From an uncultured Candidatus Saccharibacteria bacterium (GTDB lineage Bacteria; Patescibacteriota; Saccharimonadia; Saccharimonadales; AWTP1-31), in assembly GCA_964409615.1 (NCBI GenBank), contig CAYPDT010000001.1:371880-435879 (forward strand): a DNA stretch of 64,000 nucleotides, in the 5' to 3' direction. Both the position numbers and the translations under genes were made by a program. The notes under the pieces were generated by a model, which was not told the origin of the DNA, searched no databases, and was given only the letters and a program-made list of their open reading frames with translations. Of the stretch, positions 1 through 9,660 are shown piece by piece (positions within the stretch are counted from its first letter, which is position 1; the number at the start of each line of letters is the position of its first letter).

Positions 1-373
1 GGCCTAAGCCACCCGTATCAATCATTTCAGCCGTTACAAACGCGGAAGCTCGAGCATCAAGTGCATCGGTGCTGACTTGCTGATTAGGATTTCGTTTGTT
101 GTAGCCGTTTACTCTAGCGGGCCATAAGTCTCGTCTATGTTGTGCGAGGCCTAAATATACTTTACCGTCGTAACGGCCAATTGCTCCTGCATCAAGCATA
201 GACTCGCAGGTCATCTTTCCAAGTAACCCAATATCAGAAAGGCCATACTTGTTTGATGCTTCGACAATATTATAAATAGTCGGGTCCGACACTCGAACAT
301 CACAAGCTGTACCTGCTTCGACAGTAGTCAGCATTAAACCCGCTGCAACTACACCACGCATGGTTTTTTTCAT
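1..373 (-). CDS. secreted protein with lytic-transglycosylase (SLT)-like motifs, partial (3' end outside window)
   Basis: Own translation from ATG at 371-373 gives MKKTMRGVVAAGLMLTTVEAGTA (signal-like). It continues ...CESMLDAG...VYLGLAQH, resembling the SLT E-S and GLMQ motifs. GGAG lies upstream. It is absent from the ORF track because there is no stop in the window. Confidence 0.4.
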   Translation of the reverse strand, partial: MKKTMRGVVAAGLMLTTVEAGTACDVRVSDPTIYNIVEASNKYGLSDIGLLGKMTCESMLDAGAIGRYDGKVYLGLAQHRRDLWPARVNGYNKRNPNQQVSTDALDARASAFVTAEMIDTGGLG

Positions 374-603
374 ATGAGCTCCATAAATAATCTGCACAAT
401 AGCTGTGCATTAGGTTAGTAGGTGTCAGATTGTAAGCCGTCTTTTTTGCTGGGTTACCAGTGATTAGGCTTAAGATCTAAACCTCTCAGGTTTGCGTGGA
501 TAGCATTCCACTCCCTGAGCGGTATTACGTTAGATCGGTTTGACAAGATATATTATAACAGATTTTCTATCTTGAAACAACACTACCCATTAAAGCCGTG
601 ATT

Positions 604-631
604 AAAAGAAGACCCACGAACGGGTCTTCTT
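604..631 (-). terminator. intrinsic terminator downstream of dnaK
   Basis: Hairpin AAGAAGACCC/GGGTCTTCTT (606-631) is followed on the minus strand by TTTTAAT. Confidence 0.6.
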
Positions 632-653
632 TATGCTGTTTTGACTAGATAGA

Positions 654-2570
654 TTACTTTTTGTCTTCGTCGACAACTTCACCTTCTACAGGTTCATCCT
701 TGTCAGACTTCTTGTCGGCATCAGCTTCGCCGTCTGCCTTTTCATTAGCATCTTTACTAGCTTCTTCATACATCTTGGCACCAATTGGCATGATTGCGTC
801 AGTTAGGGCTTTAGCAGCAGCTTCGAGCGCTTCTTTATCGGCTTTCTCGTCGCTTGCAACCTTTTTAGCTTCTTCAACTGCTTCGTCAATCTTTTTGGCA
901 TCGTCTTCCGAAATCTTGTCTTTGTTATCAGACTTCATCTTTTCCGCCTGGTAGATAGCACTGTCAAGCTGGTTTTTAGCTTCGATACTTTCGCGCTTCT
1001 TTTTATCTTCTTCGGCGTGAGCTTCGGCTTCTTTAGCCATCTTCTCAACTTCTTCTTTGCTAAGACCACTCGAACCCTGAATAGTAATTGTCTGCTCTTT
1101 ACCGGAGCCTTTGTCTTTAGCGGTAACATTCAAAATACCGTTCGCATCCAGGTTGAAGGTAACTTCAATCTGTGGGACACCACGTGGAGCTGGTGGAATA
1201 CCGTCGAGGACGAAACGCCCTAGGCTCTTGTTGTCGGTAACAAATTCGCGCTCACCCTGTACAACATGAATCTCTACCTGGTTCTGGTTGTCGGCAGCAG
1301 TAGAGAATACTTCACTCTTGCTACTTGGGATTGTCGTGTTTCGCTCAATTAGCTTGGTCGCAACGCCACCAAGTGTTTCAATACCAAGTGAAAGTGGCGT
1401 AACATCTAGCAGTAATACGTCTTTGACATCACCCTGCAGAACACCACCTTGAATAGCTGCACCAACGGCAACTACTTCGTCGGGATTAACACCTTGCATT
1501 GGGTCTTTGCCAAAGATCTTCTTAACTTTTTCAACGACCGCTGGCATGCGAGTCATACCACCAACTAAGACAACTGCATCAATGTCACTAGCCTTTAATT
1601 TGGCATCTTTTAAAGCTTTTTCACATGGGATAGCCGTTTTGTCGATGAGCTCACCAACAAGGCTTTCTAACTTAGCGCGGGTTAGCTTGTGCTCGAAGTG
1701 CTTTGGTCCATCCGCATCAGCGGTAAGGAATGGTAGGTTGATGTCGACTTCGTTGGCGGTAGAAAGCTCAATCTTGGCCTTCTCTGCTTCGTCACGAAGG
1801 CGTTGCATAGCTGCTTTATCATCGGTAACATCAACACCAGAATCTTTCTTGAATTCATCAACCAAGTAGTTAACAATCACACGGTCGAAGTCTGCACCGC
1901 CAAGGTGAGTATCACCATTAGTACTCTTCACTTCGAAGACACCATCACCAAGCTCTAGAATAGAGACGTCGAAAGTACCACCACCAAGGTCGAAGACAGC
2001 AACTTTTTCATCTTTCTTGGCTTCTTTATTTAGACCATAGGCCACAGCAGCAGCGGTTGGCTCGTTAATAATACGTTCTACTTCTAGGCCAGCGATTTTA
2101 CCGGCATCTTTGGTAGCTTGGCGCTGTGAGTCGTCAAAGTAAGCAGGTACGGTAATGACAGCTTGGCTAACCTTGTCGCCTAAGAAAGCTTCTGCGTCTG
2201 CCTTGAGCTTGCCCAAAACCATAGCACTGATTTCTTCGGGGCTATATTCTTTGTCGCCCATCTTAACTTTAACGGCGTTGCCGCTTTTAACTATCTCATA
2301 ACCCATTAACTTGAGGTCACGCTGAACTTCTTTATCGTTCCAGTTTCGGCCAATCAAGCGCTTTGCTTCGTACACAGTATTGCTAGGATTAGTTACCATC
2401 TGGCGTCGGGCAACTTGCCCCACAAGTCTTTCACCGTTCTTGTTTATGGCTACCACGCTAGGGGTGGTTCGAGCACCCTCGCTATTAGTGATAATTTCTG
2501 GCTTGCCAGATTGCATGACAGCCATGGCTGAGTTAGTTGTACCCAGGTCGATTCCGATAATTTTACCCAT
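654..2570 (-). CDS. dnaK: molecular chaperone DnaK (Hsp70)
   Basis: Full-length Hsp70 signatures are present ([25 protein letters not shown]). I place the start at [10 protein letters not shown] (ATG 2568-2570) with AAGGAG 6 nt upstream; the track ORF extends to 2588. Confidence 0.97.
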   Translation of the reverse strand: MGKIIGIDLGTTNSAMAVMQSGKPEIITNSEGARTTPSVVAINKNGERLVGQVARRQMVTNPSNTVYEAKRLIGRNWNDKEVQRDLKLMGYEIVKSGNAVKVKMGDKEYSPEEISAMVLGKLKADAEAFLGDKVSQAVITVPAYFDDSQRQATKDAGKIAGLEVERIINEPTAAAVAYGLNKEAKKDEKVAVFDLGGGTFDVSILELGDGVFEVKSTNGDTHLGGADFDRVIVNYLVDEFKKDSGVDVTDDKAAMQRLRDEAEKAKIELSTANEVDINLPFLTADADGPKHFEHKLTRAKLESLVGELIDKTAIPCEKALKDAKLKASDIDAVVLVGGMTRMPAVVEKVKKIFGKDPMQGVNPDEVVAVGAAIQGGVLQGDVKDVLLLDVTPLSLGIETLGGVATKLIERNTTIPSSKSEVFSTAADNQNQVEIHVVQGEREFVTDNKSLGRFVLDGIPPAPRGVPQIEVTFNLDANGILNVTAKDKGSGKEQTITIQGSSGLSKEEVEKMAKEAEAHAEEDKKKRESIEAKNQLDSAIYQAEKMKSDNKDKISEDDAKKIDEAVEEAKKVASDEKADKEALEAAAKALTDAIMPIGAKMYEEASKDANEKADGEADADKKSDKDEPVEGEVVDEDKK

Positions 2571-2571
2571 C

Positions 2572-2799
2572 TTATTCTCCTTCTTCAAAACTTATAAATT
2601 CTTTAATTAGGCCACCGAGCAGAAGCTGATATGTTGCGTATTCTGCAGGATTTCTCATCAGCATATCTATCCATTCCTGGGCGGTATCTTCTGCCGGCAA
2701 GCCCCTATTAGCTTCTCTGAGCGCTTCGAGACGACTAAGAGTAGACAGCATTTCATCGACCGACATTTCCATACCTGGAATTGGTTCTATAGGTGACAT
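2572..2799 (-). CDS. small hypothetical protein co-transcribed with dnaK
   Basis: 75-aa ORF lying between the tandem CIRCE operators and dnaK. Its last codons (GAA GGA GAA TAA) form the dnaK SD, and its stop is 1 nt from the dnaK ATG. No family recognised. Confidence 0.35.
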   Translation of the reverse strand: MSPIEPIPGMEMSVDEMLSTLSRLEALREANRGLPAEDTAQEWIDMLMRNPAEYATYQLLLGGLIKEFISFEEGE

Positions 2800-2809
2800 C
2801 GAGAGCTTT

Positions 2810-2836
2810 CTAGCACTGCATAGTATTGAGTGCTAA
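2810..2836. promoter_or_regulatory. CIRCE-like HrcA operator (imperfect)
   Basis: CTAGCACTG-N9-GAGTGCTAA compared with consensus TTAGCACTC-N9-GAGTGCTAA. Confidence 0.7.
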
Positions 2837-2857
2837 AACAATTGTATCATAAAGGAA

Positions 2858-2884
2858 TTAGCACTCTCATGTCAAGAGTGCTAA
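2858..2884. promoter_or_regulatory. CIRCE HrcA operator (perfect consensus)
   Basis: TTAGCACTC-TCATGTCAA-GAGTGCTAA, upstream of the small ORF and dnaK. Confidence 0.9.
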
Positions 2885-2964
2885 TGCGTTTTTTGATGCT
2901 TTGTTAATTCGAAGAGTAAACTATAGAGTATTTTACTAATGTTAATTTAAGCATTTTGCTTCGA

Positions 2965-4404
2965 CTACACCGGATCTGTAGGTGGCTTGGTTGGGGAGAT
3001 GACCTGACCACCCATAAGTCCGCTATTATCATCAGAGCTGACCGTACCTGGCTTAACAACTGAGCCACTACTATGGGCTTGTTTGTCGGCACCGACTTTC
3101 TTCTCGATAAGATCAAGTGTGTCGCTGGCTTTGACGCTTTCTTTGCCAGTCTTTGGCGCTTCTACATTTGGCGCCTCTGAGCCGCTAATTACTTTAGGCA
3201 TGAGTAGCGGTGAGTTGGCTATAATGTCGGCTTTAGGGCCACTGTTCTGCAAGCCGTTTACCACTACGGTGTTGTGTGATGGACCTTTTGGTCGAAGAGG
3301 TCGATTCTTGAACCAGCGAATTATGAGAGCGATGAACACTGCACCAAGCAGTACGGCCGCTGCAATTATCCCATAGGTCATGAGCGTTGGGCCTTTTTTG
3401 AGCTTCAGCTCAAAACTCTGTACGCTCGGCTGTGAAGCACTTCCAGCAGTAACGTTAACTTCTTTGGTAGCTGCGCCAAGAACACCTTTGGCTTGGACCT
3501 TATATTTACCCGGTTTGATTCCGGTAAAGCTTGCAATACCAGTGGCGTCGGTTACAGCAGTCTGTTTGTTTAGCGTCACCGTTACCCCAGCTACGGGCTT
3601 ACCGTTTTCGTCAACAATCTTAATAGCGACTGGGCCATTGAGCGTAAAGCCACCACCAGAATCTGTTGGGTTCTGTGAAGCTTCGGGCGTTCCGGCATTC
3701 TGCTGAGCATCGTTTCCGGATGAACTCGAATTATTAGAGGAGCTGCCTGAGCCATTGCCCGAACTTGAGCTGCTTCCAGATGGGGTACCGGAGTTATTGC
3801 TGCTATTGTTTGTGGGTTTAGTTGGCGTGGTAGGTGTTGTAGGAGTCGTAGGAGGATTAGGAGTGGTTGGAGGTGCCGGAGTCGCAAAATTGAACGTTGC
3901 ACCGCTCGGACTGTTGTTCCAGAGGTTAGCGCTGTCGCTACTTCGGAGGATAGCTGAACTATTGGCAAAGCTTACGTCTCCACTACCAGAACCGGCAAGT
4001 GTCTTGAAGGTGACCGTAGCAACTTGTTGCCGACCCGTTAATGAACCGCCGAGCTTAGCACAAGCAATACTAAACAGACCGGTGCCTGGCGTAACCTTAC
4101 AGAACTCACCTGCGAAAGCGCCAGAGCTATAGCTAGAGCTTTGATACTGTAACTGAGCTGGATTATAGCTGAGGTCTGCCTGAACACTTGTCATCGATTC
4201 TCCGCCACTATCTTCGAAGATAGTAACACTGAAGGTGGAGTTAACATTCTGAGTACCGTTTGCGGGGCTTAACGAAAGAGCCGCATTACCTGCTGCACTA
4301 GAATGATGTACAAAGAATGTTAATCCCGACACGGCAATAACAATCGCAAGATTCTTTAATCTGTTAACAGAGACTCGTTTTGTTCTTTTTTGCTTTGCCA
4401 CCAC
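2965..4404 (-). CDS. membrane-anchored cohesin-domain protein (cohesin, PT/S-rich linker, CarboxypepD_reg-like Ig domain, TM helix, cytoplasmic tail)
   Basis: Signal anchor, then a cohesin-like module (ALSLSPANGTQNVNSTFSVTIFEDSGGESMTSVQADLSYNPAQLQY...VATVTFKTLAGSGSGDVSF). This is followed by a PPTTPNPPTTPTTPTTPTKP and Ser-rich linker, then VTVTLNKQTAVTDATGIASFTGIKPGKYKV. The TM helix is IIAAAVLLGAVFIALII. The GTG start overlaps the upstream stop by 1 nt. Confidence 0.7.
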   Translation of the reverse strand: MVAKQKRTKRVSVNRLKNLAIVIAVSGLTFFVHHSSAAGNAALSLSPANGTQNVNSTFSVTIFEDSGGESMTSVQADLSYNPAQLQYQSSSYSSGAFAGEFCKVTPGTGLFSIACAKLGGSLTGRQQVATVTFKTLAGSGSGDVSFANSSAILRSSDSANLWNNSPSGATFNFATPAPPTTPNPPTTPTTPTTPTKPTNNSSNNSGTPSGSSSSSGNGSGSSSNNSSSSGNDAQQNAGTPEASQNPTDSGGGFTLNGPVAIKIVDENGKPVAGVTVTLNKQTAVTDATGIASFTGIKPGKYKVQAKGVLGAATKEVNVTAGSASQPSVQSFELKLKKGPTLMTYGIIAAAVLLGAVFIALIIRWFKNRPLRPKGPSHNTVVVNGLQNSGPKADIIANSPLLMPKVISGSEAPNVEAPKTGKESVKASDTLDLIEKKVGADKQAHSSGSVVKPGTVSSDDNSGLMGGQVISPTKPPTDPV

Positions 4405-5999
4405 TATTTACCCCAGCCATTTGCTAATATTTGTAAGTCGAAAATGTTCACAACACCGTCACCTGTCAAATCACCTTGTGTTCGGGTACGTCCGCTCTGT
4501 CCGTAATTGTAAGCTAAAGTGTTAAGGTCGATAATGTCCACCCGGTTATCACCGTTGATATCACCGGACTTTGGTGTGGCAACGGTATTCTTGACGGTCA
4601 CAGTAGCAACGGCAGTCTGCTTTTGATTGCCTGCTCCATCTATAGCAGTAGCAGAAATCGTATGACTACCATCACCCACCTTGGTAGTGTCCCAGGTGTA
4701 GGAAAATGGTGAGCTTGTATCGGTCGCAACGAGTTGTGAGTCGATATAAAACTGCACGCGCGCCAGCCCACTACCACCGGTGTCGCTCGCAGTAGCAGTT
4801 AGGTCAATATTGCCTGAAACTGTAACGCCAGTGGCAGGTGCGGTCAGAGTAACAGTTGGTAGTGTTGTGTCTGGACTACTCACCGTGAATGGTAGCGCCA
4901 GCGAATTATTATTCTCATCTGTCTCAGTTACCGCGCTTGTGCTGTCAGCAGTCGCAGTTACTGTGTGACTACCGCCAGTAGCTGCCCACGCAGTAGTAAG
5001 TGTTACTGCCCGCGAGCCCCCGGCTGCCAACGAAGTTGCGCTACTAACAGTCCCGATTACAGTATTGTCTACCTTGAAGCTGATGGTGCCTGGCGCACCG
5101 GCAACGGTACCTTGGTTCTTCACGGTAGCCGTAAAGGTTACAGCATTAGTGGCATTTATTGCCGAAGGCGTCCATGTAATGCCGTTGATTACAAAATCCG
5201 GTTTACCATTATTAACCGCAAGAATTACTGTTGTAGATGAGGCACTATTGTTAGAAGGGTCGAATGCCTTAGCCACGACACTATGTACACCATCGGTAGC
5301 GGTGGTCGTGTCCCAGCTGTAGCTAAATGGTGCGCCCGTATCTGTTGTTTTAAGCACTCCATCTATCCAGAATTCGACTTTACTGACTGTTCCGCTATCA
5401 TCGCTAGCCGTAGCGTTGATAGTAACCGTTCCACTTGTCTGTGTTCCGGTACCAGGAGATGTTATTGAGACTGTTGGAGGTGTGGTGTCTGGTGGGTTAG
5501 CACAATCATCGCCATTACCAGCTGGTGCAGGAGTACACGTGCTACCGCTAGTTACAAGAGTAAACAACACTCGATCAAGCAAAACACCATCGCTCGTGCC
5601 GAACATCTTTAGCGTATGCGTACCCTGAGTAAGAGCTACGTTAATCTTGCTACCGCCTGATTGATAATCGACCCAAGTCCAGGTATTGGCCGTTAGCGAC
5701 CCATTGGCACCAACGGTATAGCAGGTGCCGTCAATCTCGAGCATATAGTTATTATTGGTGCTGTTTGGAATCTGGATACGACTCCAAGCCCGGTAGGTTC
5801 CGGTTGCTGGAATGGAAACGTTATTACTAAACGTAACACTTCCGAAGTCTGACGGAGGCTGGCAAGCTGCTGAAGCTCGAGAAGTACGAAACAGTACTGC
5901 AGCACTCAATACGAGTGCAACTGCTATCAAGCTTGGCATCCATTTTTTGGATAGAACGCGCATAACACTATAGTAACGCATAAATCGCTTATGGTACAT
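4404..5999 (-). CDS. secreted multidomain protein with C-terminal dockerin (CBM-like, Ig-like, CARDB, Ig-like, dockerin)
   Basis: Signal peptide ...RTSRASA. Two Ig-like modules are present (VSKVEFWIDG...FSYSWDTT and ARVQFYIDS...FSYTWDTT). A CARDB-like segment ends in ...ETDENNNS. The terminal duplicated Ca-binding dockerin is GDINGDNRVDIIDLNTL...GDLTGDGVVNIFDLQILANGWGK. The start may be M13 (5963). Confidence 0.75.
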   Translation of the reverse strand: MYHKRFMRYYSVMRVLSKKWMPSLIAVALVLSAAVLFRTSRASAACQPPSDFGSVTFSNNVSIPATGTYRAWSRIQIPNSTNNNYMLEIDGTCYTVGANGSLTANTWTWVDYQSGGSKINVALTQGTHTLKMFGTSDGVLLDRVLFTLVTSGSTCTPAPAGNGDDCANPPDTTPPTVSITSPGTGTQTSGTVTINATASDDSGTVSKVEFWIDGVLKTTDTGAPFSYSWDTTTATDGVHSVVAKAFDPSNNSASSTTVILAVNNGKPDFVINGITWTPSAINATNAVTFTATVKNQGTVAGAPGTISFKVDNTVIGTVSSATSLAAGGSRAVTLTTAWAATGGSHTVTATADSTSAVTETDENNNSLALPFTVSSPDTTLPTVTLTAPATGVTVSGNIDLTATASDTGGSGLARVQFYIDSQLVATDTSSPFSYTWDTTKVGDGSHTISATAIDGAGNQKQTAVATVTVKNTVATPKSGDINGDNRVDIIDLNTLAYNYGQSGRTRTQGDLTGDGVVNIFDLQILANGWGK

Positions 6000-6046
6000 A
6001 TGTACTTAGTACCTCTATCACGCTACAATGGTGAACATAAGCAAGT

Positions 6047-7483
6047 ATGAAAAAACTCAATGGTCGAACCAAAACTAACACCCCTACACACCACACTGGT
6101 TTGGCTCGATATTTTCGGCGTTTAGCCAGATCAAATCGAGCCCGACCACTTATTATTGTTCTTTCTTTTGTACTAGTTGGCACTATTATCCTGATTGCGA
6201 CCAAAGCAGCTACTCCAAATGGCTCATTAGAATCTGAGAGTGGAACACGTTCCACAAATACAAGTATCGGATATGATAGCAAGGCATCCAACGGTATGTT
6301 TATACGGTTTGGCGCCACCGGCGATGGCAACCAATCACGACGATTCTTTGCGGACGATGCTTCATGGAACAAGCCAGTTTCGGCTTTTGGGGCTGCAACC
6401 GACAATCGCCTAACCCAGTACGCAGACCGTTTCTGGAACTATGCCGGCCTGCCAGCAGAACCAGGAGATACTAATGTTCACTTCAGAGACTATAGCGTAC
6501 CTATATATGATGTTAGCGAAGCAAACACTACAGTAAGAATCTTCCAGGCTATTTGGGCACAGAATCAGCAATCGTTTAGTACAGCTGGCGGACAAATTGG
6601 CGACACTGTACCCTGGAATACTAGTTGGAAACCGGGAACCGGGAACGACCGCATTATGCACATCGTCAACTATGATACTGGTTATAATTATGGCTTTTGG
6701 GTAGTTGACGAACCAAAAATTGCCTGCAACGACCGTAACATATTTGGCATTGCCCTCTTTGATGGCCCGAACACCAAGGCTGGATACGAACCAGATAATC
6801 CAAACCACCTGTGCATGGCAGCATATGGTCAATACACTGGACTCTACACCGTTAAAGATGGCACAACACACAATGATCGCGGGATGGGCATAGACAAGTT
6901 AGCGCTTGTAACTCGAGCTAACGAAGTTAAATCAGGTGCTATCCGCCATGCTCTTGAGCTAACAATCACCTCAACCATGTTTGGCTCGCCAGAGTGCTCC
7001 CCAGCAAACAGTGCTTTTGTTAGCGGTGCTGGCGTAGATTGCGGATTTTACTTGCCACCTTCCACGCGCGTCGAATTTTCTGGCAATGAAAATGATCGTA
7101 TAACCAATCGATGTAGTGTGCCGACCCAAGTAAACAGTACCGGAAGGTCAAAGACTATACCCGAAGGAATTCGTATCGCACTCAATATTAGCGATGGAGA
7201 TATTCAAGCTTGGTTAAATCAACGCGGCTTCACTGGCGCCAAAAGAGAAACTGCACGCATCTTTGCGGTAGCACTTCGTGACTACGGAGCAATAGTTGGT
7301 GAGACGGGCTGCTTTGGTATCGGTATCGAAACCGACGGACTCATGAACCCGACAACTGCAAACACCTGGGCAAGCCTAGGTATCACCGATATCCCAGGCG
7401 ACAAAAATCCACATGGCGACCTACTCGATGGGCTATTCACTCGACAACGCATCTACGTAGTTAATCCACCTCCCGCACCATAG
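6047..7483 (+). CDS. secreted hypothetical protein
   Basis: 478-aa ORF with an N-terminal TM/signal anchor (IIVLSFVLVGTIILIA). No confidently recognised domain. Confidence 0.6.
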   Translation: MKKLNGRTKTNTPTHHTGLARYFRRLARSNRARPLIIVLSFVLVGTIILIATKAATPNGSLESESGTRSTNTSIGYDSKASNGMFIRFGATGDGNQSRRFFADDASWNKPVSAFGAATDNRLTQYADRFWNYAGLPAEPGDTNVHFRDYSVPIYDVSEANTTVRIFQAIWAQNQQSFSTAGGQIGDTVPWNTSWKPGTGNDRIMHIVNYDTGYNYGFWVVDEPKIACNDRNIFGIALFDGPNTKAGYEPDNPNHLCMAAYGQYTGLYTVKDGTTHNDRGMGIDKLALVTRANEVKSGAIRHALELTITSTMFGSPECSPANSAFVSGAGVDCGFYLPPSTRVEFSGNENDRITNRCSVPTQVNSTGRSKTIPEGIRIALNISDGDIQAWLNQRGFTGAKRETARIFAVALRDYGAIVGETGCFGIGIETDGLMNPTTANTWASLGITDIPGDKNPHGDLLDGLFTRQRIYVVNPPPAP

Positions 7484-7493
7484 TAGCTAGTAC

Positions 7494-7805
7494 TTACTGC
7501 TCTACTGGTGCGACGGGATAAACAGCACATTCTCCGGCGGATATTTTAGCTAAGCAAGTTGCTACGTACTCGGGCATATACTTTGAGCGCCCCAAATCCT
7601 CTCGGGATACAAGCACGTTTAGCACATCGTCTGCACCAGCGCCCAGCTGAACGTCTCGACGAGCATCATTAACCGCAAAAGCTTGGTCAGGGGTTAAGCC
7701 TTCAAACAAGTCGCGAAATTTCTCTTCATTTCTGCAAAACGTTCCACCCACGTAAGTTCTGCCGATTTTAGAAGCACGAACACCAAGAAATCTGTCTTTA
7801 CCCAT
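7494..7805 (-). CDS. hypothetical protein
   Basis: 103-aa ORF directly downstream of grpE on the same strand. No family recognised. Confidence 0.45.
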   Translation of the reverse strand: MGKDRFLGVRASKIGRTYVGGTFCRNEEKFRDLFEGLTPDQAFAVNDARRDVQLGAGADDVLNVLVSREDLGRSKYMPEYVATCLAKISAGECAVYPVAPVEQ

Positions 7806-7815
7806 CTAAGATGCG

Positions 7816-8304
7816 CTACTTACGAACTACTTTTACCATAGCGTGGCGAATAACTTGGTCACCCAGTTGGTAACCAGCCTGAAGCTCTTCGCTGACTACT
7901 TCGTTGTCGCCATCATCACCATCCATGCCAACTGCCTCGTGCAGATGTGGGTTAAATGGTTCGCCCACAGTTTTAATACGTGCCACACCCATACCAGCTA
8001 ACGTTGTCTCGAATTGCTTTACAACGCCTTGTACACCCTTTATGTAAGTGTCATCGGCGAGTTCAGCAGGGACATGTTTAAGCGCCCGTTCGAAGTTATC
8101 GATTACAGGCAACAGCTCTTCAATGACAGACGATTTTACCATGCTTTTTAGGCTAGCAAGCTGCTCTTCGTGTCGACGACGAATATTCATAGCATCTGCA
8201 CGTTCGCGTTGCAAAGCTTCGGTCAATTCGGCAACCTCTTTAGCAAGTTGCTCCGTAATATCATCTGGTTGTTGTGGTTGATTTTGTTGCTTAGTTTTAG
8301 ACAT
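7816..8304 (-). CDS. grpE: nucleotide exchange factor GrpE
   Basis: GrpE-like coiled-coil N-terminus and a C-terminal beta domain (...GEPFNPHLHEAV...VIRHAMVKV). Overlaps hrcA by 8 nt. Confidence 0.9.
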   Translation of the reverse strand: MSKTKQQNQPQQPDDITEQLAKEVAELTEALQRERADAMNIRRRHEEQLASLKSMVKSSVIEELLPVIDNFERALKHVPAELADDTYIKGVQGVVKQFETTLAGMGVARIKTVGEPFNPHLHEAVGMDGDDGDNEVVSEELQAGYQLGDQVIRHAMVKVVRK

Positions 8305-9007
8305 ATAATACCTCTTCTAGTGCTTCACCGGTGCGCCGTACAAGACTCATAACATCGCGGTAACTTTGCCGCGTCGGCCCCAGAACTCCGATATAACTAC
8401 GGTCGCTAAAGTTACTTCTAAAACGACTTACTATTAATGAACAGCCGGCACTGCGACCGATAGGATTCTCTTGGCCGATATACACACTGAGCGGTTCGTT
8501 GGGTGCAGCTTCGTACAGCCAAGGTTCGAGATTGTCGAGTAGTCGAGCGACTTCTCGTACCTGGCCACTATTCATGAATTCTGGTTGGCCAAATAAGTTA
8601 GACAACCCGCTCATATAAAGCTGGTCGCCGATGGTTGCCAAACCAAGGTTATGAGTCAACTCAACTAATGTATCGACAGCGCTTTTAATTACCTTCTCGC
8701 TTACTCCACCGCCTGCAACACGAGTAGCTAGCGCTTTTTCAGCCCGACGCTCTGCAGAAGATTCCGGCCGGCTCTCAGCCAAATTATTCACGTAGTAACG
8801 GTAGCCTTTATCAGTTGGTACGCGGCCGGCACTGGTGTGCGGCTGCTTGATAAATTCTCGCTTTTCTAACTCAGCCATCTCGGAACGAATGGTTGCAGAC
8901 GAAACGCTAAATACTTTAGCCAATAAACTAGAGCCTACTGGGCTGGCAACTTCGGCATACTGCTCAACGATTGCTTGCAGAATTTTTTGCTGACGCTCAC
9001 TTAACAT
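8297..9007 (-). CDS. hrcA: heat-inducible transcription repressor HrcA (short form, 236 aa)
   Basis: N-terminal wHTH (LSERQQKILQAIVEQY...PVGSSLLA...SSATIRSEMAELE...HTSAGRVPTDKGYRYYV). Position is upstream of grpE, and CIRCE sites are present. Confidence 0.85.
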   Translation of the reverse strand: MLSERQQKILQAIVEQYAEVASPVGSSLLAKVFSVSSATIRSEMAELEKREFIKQPHTSAGRVPTDKGYRYYVNNLAESRPESSAERRAEKALATRVAGGGVSEKVIKSAVDTLVELTHNLGLATIGDQLYMSGLSNLFGQPEFMNSGQVREVARLLDNLEPWLYEAAPNEPLSVYIGQENPIGRSAGCSLIVSRFRSNFSDRSYIGVLGPTRQSYRDVMSLVRRTGEALEEVLYV

Positions 9008-9016
9008 GAGCCTATT

Positions 9017-9043
9017 TTAGCACTCACTTGCTTAAAGTGCCAA
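9017..9043. promoter_or_regulatory. degenerate CIRCE operator upstream of hrcA
   Basis: TTAGCACTC-ACTTGCTTA-AAGTGCCAA. The left arm is perfect and the right arm matches 7/9. It lies 10 nt upstream of the hrcA start. Confidence 0.55.
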
Positions 9044-9047
9044 TAGT

Positions 9048-9590
9048 CTAGACTGCTGCTGTTGAGTTGCTTATTCCTGGGGTAGTAGCAGCCGCCTGCA
9101 GAGGCGCAGTCTCAGCCTGTAGTAAAGCATTGATTTCTCGTTGCTGATTAGCAATCTCTAGATAGTCCATAGTGGTATCAATCAGCAATCTTAAAGCTTT
9201 CTTTGCTGCCATTCGCGGGCTTACTTCGAGTGGTTGTTCGACGTCATCTAAATCAAAGGCTTGGATAGAAAGGTCAGCAACAGATGTCACAAAATGAATG
9301 CGATGCTTAGGAATCCACAAGCCCCGTTCGGTGCCATCATATGCCGGCCACATATCTATTGCATATCGGGCTGAACCATTTGGCCCATCTCGATCTACAT
9401 GCTCAACATCTACACCATGCTGCATGAAGCGCTCGTTATCATCGGTAGGCTGTACGTATAACTCGCCTCCAAACAACCTGTTAAACAGATGAGCGTTAAT
9501 ATGTAGCTTGCTAATAAGACTTTTTACTCGCTTGCCTTCTGTATGAGCAAGAGTAGTAGTTTGAACTTCCATAAAATGCATTATACACAA
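9048..9590 (-). CDS. hypothetical protein
   Basis: 180-aa ORF on the same strand as hrcA. No family recognised. Confidence 0.45.
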   Translation of the reverse strand: MCIMHFMEVQTTTLAHTEGKRVKSLISKLHINAHLFNRLFGGELYVQPTDDNERFMQHGVDVEHVDRDGPNGSARYAIDMWPAYDGTERGLWIPKHRIHFVTSVADLSIQAFDLDDVEQPLEVSPRMAAKKALRLLIDTTMDYLEIANQQREINALLQAETAPLQAAATTPGISNSTAAV

Positions 9591-9660
9591 TAGTACGACA
9601 ATTTATGCAAAATTTCTGTGCTCGCCATTAAAGATGATGACCTCTTGAATAATACTTAAC

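Noticed and set aside
661-2610. Multiple 60-120-aa ORFs on both strands inside dnaK.
   Set aside because: They are antisense to or out of frame with an unambiguous Hsp70 gene. They are low in complexity and have no RBS.
5989-6405. 138-aa minus-strand ORF spanning the divergent promoter region, and the 153-aa ORF at 6410-6871.
   Set aside because: Both overlap the better-supported 6047-7483 plus-strand gene. They lack signal or RBS features and have odd composition.
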